DNA of 64,000 nt from contig JAEXEN010000019.1 of assembly GCA_023400985.1 (NCBI GenBank), positions 1,954-65,953 of the forward strand, read 5' to 3'. The position numbers and the translations under genes are program-made. How positions within the stretch are numbered: position 1 is the stretch's first letter; each line of letters begins with the position of its first letter. Below the pieces are notes generated by a model that had not been told where the DNA came from, did no database searches, and saw only the letters and a list, made by a program, of their open reading frames with translations. The DNA is from Bacillota bacterium. Its GTDB lineage: Bacteria > Bacillota > Clostridia > Christensenellales > CAG-138. Below are positions 15,833 through 26,242 of the stretch, piece after piece.

Positions 15833-17254
15833 CTATTTAAGCGCACTTTCCAGCATCTCCCGAAGCCGCGCGGGATCGGCCCTCCCCGCCGTGGACTTCA
15901 TCACGAGTCCCATCACGACATGCAGCGCGTCCTCCTTGCCTGCGCGGTAATCGGCCGCGGCCTTGGGGCTTTTTTCAAGCGCGTCTTTTACATGCGCTTG
16001 GAGGGTTGCCTCATCTGCAAGCATGGTCAGCCCAAGCTCCTCCTCTATCGCGGAGGGGTTGCCACCCGTTTCCCACATGCGCTTGAGCACGCGCTTGCCC
16101 GCGGTCATGCTCAGGGAACCGCCGCCGATGCGCTCGCAAAGCGCGGCAAACCGCTCTGCATGGATATGCGCGGCAAGGCTTTCCTCCTCAGAGCGAAGGC
16201 GGTTCAATTCGCCCGTGATGAGGATTGCCGCGATCTTCGGGTACGCCGTTTCTCTTACGACATTTTCAAAATATTCCGCGTCCTCACGCTTTAGCGTGAG
16301 CTGCGCGGCAAACTGCAAGCTAAGCCCGTAGCGCTCCATATAGCTGTGTTTTCGCACCTCCGGCAGCACGGGAAGCGCCGCGGCGATCTTTTCGATATCC
16401 GTGCGGCTCAGTTCGATCGCGCAAAGATCGGGGTCGGGAAAATAGCGGTAATCGTCCGCGTTTTCCTTGCGGCGCATGGTATGTGTTTTTCCCGTTGCCT
16501 GGTCAAAGCGGCGCGTCTCCTGCACGAGCGCCTCTCCTGCCTCGAGCGCTCTGATTTGGCGGGCGGCCTCGTATTCCGCCGCGCGGCGCACGGATTGGAA
16601 GGAGTTGAGGTTTTTGATCTCTGCGCGCGCGCCGAAAGTGCTTTCGCCCATGGGCCGCACGGAAAGGTTCACGTCGCAGCGCATGGAGCCTTCGTTCATC
16701 TTGCAGTCGGAAATGCCGGTATATAAAAGGATGGAGCGGAGCTTTTCCAAAAACACCGCTGCTTCCGCGGGGCTTCGTAGATCGGGCTCCGTCACGATCT
16801 CGATGAGCGGTACGCCGCAGCGATTGCAGTCGATCAGCGTGCCGTATTCGGGGTCGTGCACGAGCTTGCCCGCGTCCTCCTCTAAATGGATGCGCGTGAT
16901 GCGCACCGTTTTTTCACACGCATCGGTTTCAAGCGTCACCGAGCCATTTGCGCAGATGGGCAAATCGTACTGCGATATCTGGTAGGCCTTAGGTAGATCG
17001 GGGTACACGTAGTTTTTGCGGTCGAGCTTGGAGTACGAGGCGATGGCGCAGTTCGTGGCAAGCCCCGCGCACACGGCGTATTCGACCGCGGTTTTATTGA
17101 GCACCGGCAGCGCTCCGGGCATGCCGGTGCACACGGGGCAGATATGCGTATTAGGCGGCGCGCCGAACGCCGTGGAGCAGGAGCAGAATATCTTCGTTTG
17201 TGTTTTCAGTTCCACATGGATCTCAAGGCCGATCACGGTTTCATACTGTTTCAT
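15833..17254 (-). CDS. gatB: Asp-tRNA(Asn)/Glu-tRNA(Gln) amidotransferase subunit B
   Basis: 'YETVIGLEIHVELKTQTKIFCSC' and a C-terminal YqeY-like tail. ATG 17254 lies 6 nt after GGAGG and overlaps the gatA stop. Confidence 0.95.
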   Translation of the reverse strand: MKQYETVIGLEIHVELKTQTKIFCSCSTAFGAPPNTHICPVCTGMPGALPVLNKTAVEYAVCAGLATNCAIASYSKLDRKNYVYPDLPKAYQISQYDLPICANGSVTLETDACEKTVRITRIHLEEDAGKLVHDPEYGTLIDCNRCGVPLIEIVTEPDLRSPAEAAVFLEKLRSILLYTGISDCKMNEGSMRCDVNLSVRPMGESTFGARAEIKNLNSFQSVRRAAEYEAARQIRALEAGEALVQETRRFDQATGKTHTMRRKENADDYRYFPDPDLCAIELSRTDIEKIAAALPVLPEVRKHSYMERYGLSLQFAAQLTLKREDAEYFENVVRETAYPKIAAILITGELNRLRSEEESLAAHIHAERFAALCERIGGGSLSMTAGKRVLKRMWETGGNPSAIEEELGLTMLADEATLQAHVKDALEKSPKAAADYRAGKEDALHVVMGLVMKSTAGRADPARLREMLESALK

Positions 17255-18728
17255 GGCAACCTCCGGTTTCAAAGGGCGCTTCGGTCATGTGACAGGCGCC
17301 GTAAGCTCGTTCATAGGCCGCGCCGAGCGCGAGGAGCGTTTTTTCACCGAACGCCTTGCCGATGAGCTGCATCCCGACGGGCAGACCTTCCGCTTTGCCG
17401 CAGGGCATGGAAAGCGCCGGAAGCCCCGCGATGTTCACGGGCACGGTGCAGATGTCCCCGAGGTACATGGAAACGGGATCGCTCGTCTTTTCGCCTATTA
17501 AGTAGGCGCATGTCGGCGCGGTGGGGGTGAGCACCGCGTCAAACTCGGCAAAGACCCTGTCGAATGCGGCGGAAAGGATCGTACGCACTTGCAAAGACCT
17601 CTTGTAATATGCGTCGTAATACCCCGCAGAAAGCGCGAAAGTGCCTAAAAGTATGCGGCGCTTTACCTCCGCGCCGAAGCCCTCGCTTCGGGAACGCAGA
17701 TACAGCTCCTCGAGCGTTTCGCAGTTTTTTGCGCGGCGGCCGTAGCGCACGCCGTCGAACCGCCCAAGGTTGGAGCTTGCCTCCGCGCTCGATAGGATGT
17801 AATACGCGGGCAGCGCGCAGGAAAGCTCGGGAAGGCCGATCTCCTCCACATGCGCGCCGAGATCCTCAAAGCGATTGGCGGCGGCGAGCACACTTTCCCT
17901 CACGGTCTTCCCTACGCCCACGCCGAAAAGCTCTTTCGGGAGCGCAAGGCGCATACCCTTGACGTCGTGGCAAAGCGCCGCGGTAAAATCCGTTTCCTGC
18001 CCCGCTACGGATGTGGAGTCCTTCTCGTCGTGCGCACATAAGGTGTCGAGTACGAAGGCGCAGTCCTCCACGGTTTTGGTGAAGGGCCCTATCTGGTCGA
18101 GCGAAGACGCGAAGGCGATGAGCCCATAGCGCGAAACGCGCCCGTAGGTGGGTTTCATGCCGACCACGCCGCAAAATGCCGCAGGCTGGCGAATGGAACC
18201 GCCCGTATCGGAGCCGAGCGCGTAAGCGGCCTCGTCCGCGGCGACCGCCGCCGCTGAGCCGCCGGAGCTTCCACCCGGCACGCGATGTAGATCGCGCGGG
18301 TTTTTTGTAAGCTGAAACGCGGAATTTTCCGTACTCGAGCCCATGGCGAACTCGTCCATGTTGGTCTTGCCCAAAAACACCGCGCCCGCACCGGAAAGGA
18401 GCTTTACGGCCGTCGCGTCGTAGGGGGCGCGAAAATCCTCGAGCATTTTTGAAGCGCAGGTGGTGCGCCCGAAAGCGGTACATAGATTGTCCTTGAGAGC
18501 GGCGGGAACGCCCGCGAGCGCATTTAGAGGCTCGCCCGCTCCGCGCCGTTCGTCGATCTTCTTCGCCTGTTCCATCGCGCTTTCGGCGAATATAGAAAGG
18601 TACGCGCCGACTTCGGGCTCCACACTCTCCATGCGCCTGAGATAGCTTTGCGCCGCCTCGACGGCGCTGATCTCCTTTAGGGCGAGGCGCTTGCTCAGCT
18701 CTTTTACGCTCATGCGCGTGATGCTCAT
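17241..18728 (-). CDS. gatA: Asp-tRNA(Asn)/Glu-tRNA(Gln) amidotransferase subunit A
   Basis: Amidase signature 'GGSSGGSAAAVAA' and 'GSDTGGSIRQPA'. The ATG overlaps the upstream stop (ATGA). Confidence 0.95.
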   Translation of the reverse strand: MSITRMSVKELSKRLALKEISAVEAAQSYLRRMESVEPEVGAYLSIFAESAMEQAKKIDERRGAGEPLNALAGVPAALKDNLCTAFGRTTCASKMLEDFRAPYDATAVKLLSGAGAVFLGKTNMDEFAMGSSTENSAFQLTKNPRDLHRVPGGSSGGSAAAVAADEAAYALGSDTGGSIRQPAAFCGVVGMKPTYGRVSRYGLIAFASSLDQIGPFTKTVEDCAFVLDTLCAHDEKDSTSVAGQETDFTAALCHDVKGMRLALPKELFGVGVGKTVRESVLAAANRFEDLGAHVEEIGLPELSCALPAYYILSSAEASSNLGRFDGVRYGRRAKNCETLEELYLRSRSEGFGAEVKRRILLGTFALSAGYYDAYYKRSLQVRTILSAAFDRVFAEFDAVLTPTAPTCAYLIGEKTSDPVSMYLGDICTVPVNIAGLPALSMPCGKAEGLPVGMQLIGKAFGEKTLLALGAAYERAYGACHMTEAPFETGGCHETV

Positions 18729-20815
18729 AGCGCTTCCTCCCGTTCGATGGCGGCGGGCACCCGTATGTAACCCCCCTGGAGCTCCGGCGCGTTTTGCAAA
18801 AGCGGTGCGGGCGGAAAATCCACGGCCTTATCCTCGCGCAGCACGTTTTTTAAGGGGACCGCGTGCGCGGCGGGGACAACGCCCGAGGTATCGAAAGAAT
18901 TCAATTGTGAGGCGAAGGCGAGTATGCCATTGAGCTCCTTTTGAAGCGCCGTCTTTTCCGTATCGTCGAGGGAGAGGGAGGCAAGCTGCGCCGTTCGTGC
19001 AATATCGAAGCCCTGCGCTACGGCTTTCCTTGCGCTTGGCGTGGCGGCGACGTCGCGGCGGGCGGAGATGGAGAGCTCCCTGAGCTGCGCGTCGTCCACA
19101 AAATCCGGTGCGTCCGTCAAAAGGCATCTGGCGTCCTTGGTTTTCGGGAAGGCCGTCACGTCGCGAAGCGATTCCGCTTTGCATAAAAGCATTACGAGCC
19201 GGTCGAGGCCGAAGGCGAAACCGCCGTGCGGCGGCGTGCCGTAGCGAAAAGCCCTCACAAAAAAGCCGAAGCGCTTTTCCGCCTCCTCGTCGGAGAAGCC
19301 GAGCGCCTTAAACATCATTTGCTGCACAACGCTCGAATGGATGCGCATGCTGCCGCTGCCGAGTTCCACGCCGTTTAAAACCACGTCGTAGGCCTGCGCA
19401 CGCACGCGTGCAGGATCGCTGAAAAGATAGGGGAGATCCTCCTCATAGGGCATGGTGAACGGGTGATGCATGGCGACAAAGCGCTTTTCCTCCTCGCTAT
19501 ATTCAAATTCCGGGAAATCGGTCACGAACAAAAACGCGAATTTATTTTTGTCGCGAAGGTCGAGCATATCTGCGATCTCGAGGCGAAGCCCTCCGAGCGT
19601 CCGGCGCACCGTGGGGAGCTTATCGGCGCAGAACAAAAGAAAGTCGCCGTTTCCCATGTCCGTGCGCGTTAAGATGGCATCCCACGCCTCTTCCTTCATA
19701 AACTTCCGGAGAATGGAGTTTACGCTGCCGTCCTCGCGCAGCATGATCCACGCCATACCCTTTGCGCCGAAATGAAGCGCGCGCTCGGTGAGGAGCTCGA
19801 TCTCCGTTTTGGTAAAGCGCGCGCCGCCTTTCACATTGAGCGCGCGCACGGAGCCGCCCTGCCGCGTTACGCTTTCAAACACCGAAAAGCCGCTGCTTTT
19901 TGCGATGTCTGTCACGTCTACAATGGGCATTTCAAAGCGGATGTCGGGCTTGTCGCTGCCATAGAGATCCATGGCCTGATGCCATGTAAGGCGGGGGAAC
20001 GGCTCTGTTATGTTTATATCCATGACGGTTTCCATGAGGTTCTTGAACAGCTTTTCGAGTTGGACGAGTATATCCTCCTGCGTCACGAAGGAAAGCTCCA
20101 TATCGAGCTGGGTGAATTCCGGCTGGCGGTCGGCGCGCAGGTCCTCGTCGCGAAAGCAGCGTGCCACCTGATAGTAGCGGTCGAGCCCACCCACCATCAA
20201 AAGCTGCTTAAAGATCTGCGGGCTTTGCGGGAGCGCGTAAAATTCGCCCGGATGCACGCGGCTCGGCACAAGGTAATCCCGCGCGCCCTCGGGCGTGCTC
20301 TTGGTGAGGATGGGCGTTTCCACGTCCACGAACCCCCCCTCGTCCAGGTAATCCCGCGCGGCCTTCACCACCTTATGCCGGAAGCGCAGCGCTTCCTGCA
20401 TCTGCGTGCGCCGTAGATCCAAAAAGCGGTATTCCATGCGGAGGTCCTCGCGTATGCGCGAACCGTCCTCCAAAGAAAAGGGGAGAGGATCGGCCTCCGA
20501 AAGAATGTCAAACGCCTCCGCCCTCAGTTCGATCGCGCCGGTTTTGAGTTTTTCGTTGTAGGTTTCCTCGTCGCGAAGCTGCAAGATCCCCTCCGTGCGC
20601 ACGACCGATTCAAGCCTTACGCTCTCCGCCGCCGTAAACGCGCTTTCACTGAGCTTCGCCCGGCTGCATACCACCTGCAGTACCCCCGTGCAGTCCCGAA
20701 TGTCCAAAAAGATCACGCCGCCCATGTCGCGTTTGTGGAAGACCCATCCGCTCACGATAAACCGCTCTCCCACGCGGTCTTTTGTAATAAGCCCCCCGTG
20801 CTCCGTCCGGTACAT
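18725..20815 (-). CDS. aspS: Aspartyl-tRNA synthetase fused in frame to GatC
   Basis: Bacterial-type AspRS from 'MYRTEHGG...' to 'DAQLRELSI', an ~20-aa linker, then a 94-aa GatC ('AQLASLSLDDTEKTALQKELNGILAFASQLNSFDT...NVLREDK...GGYIRVP'). There is no stop or in-frame ATG/GTG/TTG at the junction. ATG 20815 lies 8 nt after GGAGG. Confidence 0.85.
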   Translation of the reverse strand: MYRTEHGGLITKDRVGERFIVSGWVFHKRDMGGVIFLDIRDCTGVLQVVCSRAKLSESAFTAAESVRLESVVRTEGILQLRDEETYNEKLKTGAIELRAEAFDILSEADPLPFSLEDGSRIREDLRMEYRFLDLRRTQMQEALRFRHKVVKAARDYLDEGGFVDVETPILTKSTPEGARDYLVPSRVHPGEFYALPQSPQIFKQLLMVGGLDRYYQVARCFRDEDLRADRQPEFTQLDMELSFVTQEDILVQLEKLFKNLMETVMDINITEPFPRLTWHQAMDLYGSDKPDIRFEMPIVDVTDIAKSSGFSVFESVTRQGGSVRALNVKGGARFTKTEIELLTERALHFGAKGMAWIMLREDGSVNSILRKFMKEEAWDAILTRTDMGNGDFLLFCADKLPTVRRTLGGLRLEIADMLDLRDKNKFAFLFVTDFPEFEYSEEEKRFVAMHHPFTMPYEEDLPYLFSDPARVRAQAYDVVLNGVELGSGSMRIHSSVVQQMMFKALGFSDEEAEKRFGFFVRAFRYGTPPHGGFAFGLDRLVMLLCKAESLRDVTAFPKTKDARCLLTDAPDFVDDAQLRELSISARRDVAATPSARKAVAQGFDIARTAQLASLSLDDTEKTALQKELNGILAFASQLNSFDTSGVVPAAHAVPLKNVLREDKAVDFPPAPLLQNAPELQGGYIRVPAAIEREEAL

Positions 20816-20829
20816 AGTATTTTCCTCCC

Positions 20830-21150
20830 TGAAAAATGAATAAATAAAAACAGCCTCGGTCCCTAATTTGGGACGCAAGGCTGCTGCCTTTCGCGGTGCC
20901 ACCCAATGTAGCGTAAAAACGCTCACTCTTTGACGACGTGCGATGTTGCATCGCAGATCGCTTACGGCTATAACGCGCCGTGCGCGTCCGAGTCTACCGG
21001 CCTTGAAAAACAAGGCTTTCGGTCGGAGGCTCCGAGCTGTTCTTCCCCTGCGCCGCCGTACCGCGCTCTCACCTTACCGCGGCTCTCTTGGACTTTGCAC
21101 GCAGGCTACTCGTCTCATCATCGCCTGAAAGAAAATACAAAATATATTAT
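20830..21150 (-). promoter_or_regulatory. T-box riboswitch leader (candidate specifier AAC = Asn)
   Basis: On the minus strand: GA/K-turn 'gcgatgatgag', 'gagtag' AGTA box, distal 'ggtgagag', specifier-loop 'ggaaGAACAg' (AAC at 21041-21039 followed by A), T-box core 'attgggtggcaccgcgaaagg' (20907-20888), and a terminator hairpin at 20883-20851 plus a U-run. Confidence 0.8.
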
Positions 21151-21154
21151 GCGT

Positions 21155-21183
21155 ATTATATGCGTGGAATTGCGCGTTGTCAA
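21155..21183 (-). promoter_or_regulatory. Consensus sigma-A promoter of the T-box/aspS-gatCAB operon
   Basis: Minus strand TTGACA (21183-21178), 17 nt, TATAAT (21160-21155). Confidence 0.7.
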
Positions 21184-21190
21184 CGATTTT

Positions 21191-23572
21191 TTATTGCCGC
21201 AGCCGGAAAGCGCCGACCTGATTTTTGAGCATCTCCGCCTGACCGCTAAACTCTTCGCTGGTGGCGGCCTGCTCCTCCGCCGTGGCGGAGTTGGTTTGCA
21301 CCACCTGCGACATCTGCTCGATGCCCTTGTTGACCTGCGCGATGGCCGTCGCCTGCTTACCGGAGGCGTTAGCGATGTCGCTGACGAGCTTTGCGGAGGC
21401 TTCCACCACCTCCAGGATGCTCTTAAGCTCTTCGGCGGTCTTGTCGGCGATCCTCGTGCCCGCCTCGGCTTTTTCCGCCGAGCTTTCGATGAGCGCCTCC
21501 GTTTCCTTCGCGGCTTTCGCGCTTCTTGCGGCGAGGTTCCTGACTTCCTCGGCCACCACGCCGAAGCCCTTGCCGTGTATGCCCGCACGCACGGCTTCGA
21601 CCGCCGCGTTGAGCGCGAGTATGTTGGTCTGAAACGCGATATCGTCGATCACCTTGATGATCTTGGAGATGTTTTCCGAGGCGACGTTGATCTCCGTCAT
21701 AGCGCTTTGGAGCTTCGCCATGTGTTCGCTGCCCTTGAGCGCGCGCTCCTTTGCCGCCATGCTCAACTCGCTCGCCTTGTTCGCGCCGACCGCATTTTCG
21801 CGCGTCTGCCCAGCGATGGTGCCGATGGAGGCGGTGAGCTCATCGATGGAAGCCGCCTGCTCAGCCGCTCCCTGCGAAATGGCCTGGCTGCCGCCCGATA
21901 CCTGTATAGTGCCTGCGCTCACCTGATCGGCGGCGGCGCGAATTTCCGAAAGCACCGAGCTCATCGATTCCGCGATAGTGTTGACGGACGTCTTGAGCTT
22001 TAAGAACTCGCCTAAGTATTCGCTGTCGATGGATACGCTGAAATCGCCCTCCGCCATACCGTCCAGGGCTTCGATCAGTTCCCCGATGTAGCTGCGGAGC
22101 GCTCCGATGGTATCGTTGAGCGCGTGCTTGATGGTGGCGTGGTCGCCTTTATAATCGCCCTCCATGGCAATGTCAAGCCTGCCTTGCGAAAGCTCGACAA
22201 GGACATTGCTCGCTTCCTCCACAGGCTCGATCACGGCGTCGAGAGTGCCGTTGATGCCTTCGAGAATTTTCTTGTATGCGCCCTGATGCTTTTCGGGGTC
22301 GGCGCGGTAGGCGAGATCGCCGCTAAGCGCCGCATGGGTGAGCGCGGTCGTATCGGAAACAAGTTCGTTGAGGGTGCTGCTCACGCCGTAAATGGCGTTG
22401 AAGATCGTGCCGAATTCGTTTTTCTGCTTCACGTTTTCTGTGATGTTCAGTTCGCCTTTTTTGAGGTTTTCCGTAACCTTTACGATCTTTTGCACAGGGG
22501 ATACCATGCGGTGAATGCCAAAAAGAGATGCGGCGCATACGATTGCGAGGCCGACAACGATCATGATGCGAAGGCTGTTCATCATCGAATCCCGCTCGGC
22601 CATCACTTCGGAGGCGTCCACCACGAAAGCGCTGGAAAAGGCTTTTGCCGCGCCTTCCGGCGTGATAGGGAGATATAGAGCATAGGCCGGCTTTCCCGTA
22701 ATGGCGCTGACTCCGTCAAATTGGAGTACCTGGCGGTTTTTTACCGCGGTAAGCACGGTGCCTGACGCTTGATCCGTAGAGACGTCGCTACCGTAAACCG
22801 TGCCCACGCGTTCGGAAAGCGCGGAGTGGGAAAGCATGGTGCCGCTGCTGGTGAGCGTGTAAGAATAGGCCTTTAAATAGCTCCCGAGGTTTGATGCAAG
22901 CGCATTGATCGGCTCCGCGGGAAGGTCAAGCCTTACCGCGCCGCACCGCTTGCGGTTTGCGTCAAGGAAAGAACAGCTTAAGGTGATCAGCTTTATGGAA
23001 CTGCCGTCTGGCAGGCTGTAATCGTAAGGGTCCGTGATCTGAATTTTTTTGGAGCGCAGCGTTGACGTATAGAAATCCGCGGCGCTGTACTCGGCATAGT
23101 CGTTTTTGTTCTCCGTAACCGAATCGTTTCCGCTGCGACGGATGCTTAGGGATAGCCCGGCTTCGCCGGCCGAAGAAGCGGCGGCGGGTTCCCACGCTAT
23201 AGAAACGCCGAAAATCCGGTCGTCCTCCATATAGCTTTCGAGCGTGCTGAATGAAAGACTCTCAAGCTCTGCGGCTGTCGGCTGCATTTGGGTGATTTCG
23301 CCTGCGCGCTGTGCCAGAGATTTTGTGAAAACGGAGAAAAGGCTCAGGTATTTCTCTACCGCGTCGGCGTTTTCTTTGGCTATCAACCGCATTTTTTCCG
23401 TTGCGTTGGCCGTCATGATCGTGGAAAGGGAATTCTGAACATAGAAGTAGACGCCCGAAAACGCAAGAGAAAATGTTGCAAGCACAACGGCCGTCACTTT
23501 GAAAGTAAGCTTTCTCCAGAGCAGCAGCCATGTCTGTTTTACCTTAAACCATACCCGTTTTATCCTTGTCAT
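21191..23572 (-). CDS. Methyl-accepting chemotaxis protein, double-Cache sensor (paralog 1)
   Basis: N-terminal TM, periplasmic Cache-like region, TM2, HAMP, then '[35 protein letters not shown]'. ATG 23572 is preferred over 23614. Confidence 0.85.
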   Translation of the reverse strand: MTRIKRVWFKVKQTWLLLWRKLTFKVTAVVLATFSLAFSGVYFYVQNSLSTIMTANATEKMRLIAKENADAVEKYLSLFSVFTKSLAQRAGEITQMQPTAAELESLSFSTLESYMEDDRIFGVSIAWEPAAASSAGEAGLSLSIRRSGNDSVTENKNDYAEYSAADFYTSTLRSKKIQITDPYDYSLPDGSSIKLITLSCSFLDANRKRCGAVRLDLPAEPINALASNLGSYLKAYSYTLTSSGTMLSHSALSERVGTVYGSDVSTDQASGTVLTAVKNRQVLQFDGVSAITGKPAYALYLPITPEGAAKAFSSAFVVDASEVMAERDSMMNSLRIMIVVGLAIVCAASLFGIHRMVSPVQKIVKVTENLKKGELNITENVKQKNEFGTIFNAIYGVSSTLNELVSDTTALTHAALSGDLAYRADPEKHQGAYKKILEGINGTLDAVIEPVEEASNVLVELSQGRLDIAMEGDYKGDHATIKHALNDTIGALRSYIGELIEALDGMAEGDFSVSIDSEYLGEFLKLKTSVNTIAESMSSVLSEIRAAADQVSAGTIQVSGGSQAISQGAAEQAASIDELTASIGTIAGQTRENAVGANKASELSMAAKERALKGSEHMAKLQSAMTEINVASENISKIIKVIDDIAFQTNILALNAAVEAVRAGIHGKGFGVVAEEVRNLAARSAKAAKETEALIESSAEKAEAGTRIADKTAEELKSILEVVEASAKLVSDIANASGKQATAIAQVNKGIEQMSQVVQTNSATAEEQAATSEEFSGQAEMLKNQVGAFRLRQ

Positions 23573-23692
23573 AAAAACACGCTCCCGAACGAATTGCAAG
23601 ATGTATACATTCATATCATCGCATTTTTTAAAGGCAAAACCGAGCAGGCTTGGGGAAAGAATGCGTTAAGCTTGCGTAAAACCATATTTTGT

Positions 23693-23741
23693 TAAAAAAT
23701 CGGCGCATCCCCGCCACAGGCGGGGATGCGCCGACTCTTTT
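23693..23741 (-). terminator. Rho-independent terminator after MCP paralog 2 (A-run and T-run on both sides, so possibly bidirectional)
   Basis: Perfect 16-bp stem tcggcgcatccccgcc/ggcggggatgcgccga. Confidence 0.8.
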
Positions 23742-23769
23742 CAGCGTGTCAAAAAGTATATGGGTTGCC

Positions 23770-26160
23770 TTACTTAATGATAAACCTGCCGACCTGGTTT
23801 TTGAGCATTTCGGCCTGACCCGAGAGTTCTTCGCTGGTGGCGGCCTGTTCCTCCGCCGTGGCGGAGTTGGTCTGTACCACCTGTGACATCTGTTCGATGC
23901 CCTTGTTTACCTGCGAAATGGCCGTCGCCTGTTCGTTGGAGGCGTTGGCGATGTCGCTCACGAGCTCTGCGGAGGTTTCTACCGCCTCCACGATGCTCTT
24001 GAGCTCTTCGGCAGTCTTGTCGGCGATCCTCGTGCCGGCCTCGGTCTTTTGCGCCGAGCCCTCGATGAGCGCTGCCGTTTCCTTGGCGGCCTTCGCGCTT
24101 CTTGCGGCGAGGTTCCTGACCTCCTCGGCTACCACGCCGAAGCCCTTGCCGTGCACGCCGGCGCGCGCCGCTTCTACAGCCGCGTTGAGGGCGAGTATGT
24201 TCGTCTGGAACGCGATATCGTCGATCACCTTGATGATCTTCGATATGCTTTCGGAAGCAACATTAATCTCCGTCATGGCGCCTTGGAGCTTTTCCATGCG
24301 GTCGCTGCCCTTGAGCGCGCGCTCTTTCGCCGTAACGCTCAACTCGCTCGCTTTGTTTGCGCCGATCGCGTTTTCGCGCGTCTGTTCGGCGATGGCGCCG
24401 ATGGAGGCGGTAAGCTCTTCAATGGAGGCAGCCTGCTCGGTAGCGCCCTGCGAAATGGCTTGGCTGCCGCCGGATACCTGTATGGTGCCCGCGCTTACCT
24501 GATCGGCGGCGGCGCGAATTTCCGAAAGCACAGAGCTCATCGATTCCGCGATGGTATTGACGGAGGTCTTGAGCTTTAAGAACTCGCCCAAGTATTCCCT
24601 GTCGATGGAGACGCCAAAATCGCCGTCCGCCATGCGGTGCAGCGCCTCGCTCAGCTCGCTGATATAGCTGCGGAGCGCTTCGATGGTATCGTTGAGCGCG
24701 TGCTTGATGATGGCGTGGTCGCCCATGTAGTGCCCCTGCACGCTTGCGTCGAGGTTGCCGCGCGAAAGTTCCACAAGCACGCCGCTTGCCTCGTTCACGG
24801 GCTCGATCACCGCGTCGAGCGTGTTGTTGACGCCCGCGACGATTTCCCTAAACGCACCCTGATGCTTTTCGGGATCGGCGCGGTAGGAGAGGTTGCCGCT
24901 TAGCGCTGCCTGCGTGAGCGCGTTGGTATCGCCTACAAGCTCTTTTAGAGTATTGCGAACGCCGCAGATGGCATTGAAGATCATGCCGAATTCATTTTTC
25001 GACTTCACGGTCTCGCTGATGTTCAACTCGCCCCGTTCAAGTTCCCCCGCGACCTTCGCGATCTTTTTCGCGGGCGATACCAAACGGTAAATATTCAAAA
25101 ACGTGATGACGCACATCACAACTGCGCCGATGATGATAAAAAGAAGCAAGCTATGCATCATCGAGTCGCGCTCGGCCATCACTTCGGAAATGTCTACGAC
25201 GAAGGCGCTCGAATAGGTTTGGTCGAGGCCTTGCGGCGTGATGGGGCTGTAGATCATATAGGCGGTCTTGCCGGAAAGCGCGCTGACGCCCGATGCCGTA
25301 GAAAGTGCCGTCCCGGATTTCACCGCTTCCAAAACGGAAGCGGGGTCATAGTCGGCTTCATCGCTTCCAAAGAGGGTGCCGACGCGTTCGCCTATCGCGG
25401 AATGCGACAAAACGGTACCGGAGTTGGTGAGCGTGTAGTAGTAGTCCGTCTCATACCCGCCATCGGCAAAGGCGAGTTCGCTGATCGTACCCGCGTCGAT
25501 ATCGAAATTGACAACGCCTACGATCTTGCCGTTGGAATCTTTAATGGGGTAGCTCACCGATACGATCCAATTCGTGTCGCCGTTTGCGAGCGAGTCGCTG
25601 TAGGGCTCCGTCAAATGCGCTTTACCGGTTTCGTAGGAAACTTCGTAGTATTCGAGCTCGTTGTATTCGGCATAGTTGTTTTGGGTTTCGTTATAAAGCC
25701 TATCTCCCTCTGCACGGCATACGTAAACTGAAAGGCCGTCGGGTGTGTTGCCCGCTACGATGTTGGGTTCCCATGCGACATGCGCTCCGAATACGCGTTC
25801 ATCATCGAGATAGTTCTTGAGCGAATTGATAATGGTGATCTCGACTGCGCTGGCGTATGTATTCCCGTAGGCCAGCTGTCCCATTTGTATGGAGAGCGAT
25901 CTCGCGTACGACAGCATGGTGGAAAAATACTCTGATAGGACGTGCGCGTTCTGTGCCGCGAGGAGCTCTACTTTTTCTTCGGCAGTCTGCGACATAGCGG
26001 TGGAGAGGGAGCTGTTCATGGTTGTGTAGATGCCTGCCATGACAAGCAGCAACACCACCAGTACGGAGGCGGTCACAACAAAAGTGAGCCTGTTCCACAG
26101 GCGCGATCCAGACGGCATTTTTTTTACGGCGCGCGGTTCTGACAGACGTTGTTTTTTCAT
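23770..26160 (-). CDS. Methyl-accepting chemotaxis protein, double-Cache sensor (paralog 2)
   Basis: Same architecture as paralog 1; '[37 protein letters not shown]'. Confidence 0.85.
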   Translation of the reverse strand: MKKQRLSEPRAVKKMPSGSRLWNRLTFVVTASVLVVLLLVMAGIYTTMNSSLSTAMSQTAEEKVELLAAQNAHVLSEYFSTMLSYARSLSIQMGQLAYGNTYASAVEITIINSLKNYLDDERVFGAHVAWEPNIVAGNTPDGLSVYVCRAEGDRLYNETQNNYAEYNELEYYEVSYETGKAHLTEPYSDSLANGDTNWIVSVSYPIKDSNGKIVGVVNFDIDAGTISELAFADGGYETDYYYTLTNSGTVLSHSAIGERVGTLFGSDEADYDPASVLEAVKSGTALSTASGVSALSGKTAYMIYSPITPQGLDQTYSSAFVVDISEVMAERDSMMHSLLLFIIIGAVVMCVITFLNIYRLVSPAKKIAKVAGELERGELNISETVKSKNEFGMIFNAICGVRNTLKELVGDTNALTQAALSGNLSYRADPEKHQGAFREIVAGVNNTLDAVIEPVNEASGVLVELSRGNLDASVQGHYMGDHAIIKHALNDTIEALRSYISELSEALHRMADGDFGVSIDREYLGEFLKLKTSVNTIAESMSSVLSEIRAAADQVSAGTIQVSGGSQAISQGATEQAASIEELTASIGAIAEQTRENAIGANKASELSVTAKERALKGSDRMEKLQGAMTEINVASESISKIIKVIDDIAFQTNILALNAAVEAARAGVHGKGFGVVAEEVRNLAARSAKAAKETAALIEGSAQKTEAGTRIADKTAEELKSIVEAVETSAELVSDIANASNEQATAISQVNKGIEQMSQVVQTNSATAEEQAATSEELSGQAEMLKNQVGRFIIK

Positions 26161-26171
26161 AGGTCACACTC

Positions 26172-26212
26172 CAAAAATTGAAGGGGCCGCTTTGCTTTTA
26201 AGCAACCCCTTT
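26172..26212 (-). terminator. Candidate terminator after MCP paralog 3
   Basis: Minus strand aagggg...cccctt enclosing an inner ttgctt-aa-aagcaa hairpin, followed by caattttt. Confidence 0.4.
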
Positions 26213-26242
26213 TATATCTTATCGGTAAAACGAAATATTTCT

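Noticed and set aside
20816-21013. An N-terminal extension of the aspS ORF to 21013.
   Set aside because: It covers the T-box core and terminator. ATG 20815 has a GGAGG RBS and matches the usual AspRS N-terminus.
20930-22003. A 357-aa plus-strand ORF. Similar long plus-strand ORFs are at 23837-24502, 24049-24579, 26030-27424 and 26271-26978.
   Set aside because: These ORFs are antisense to the strongly supported MCP genes. Their products are Arg/Ala/Leu-rich and low in complexity, as expected for open antisense frames in GC-rich coding DNA. They have no RBS.
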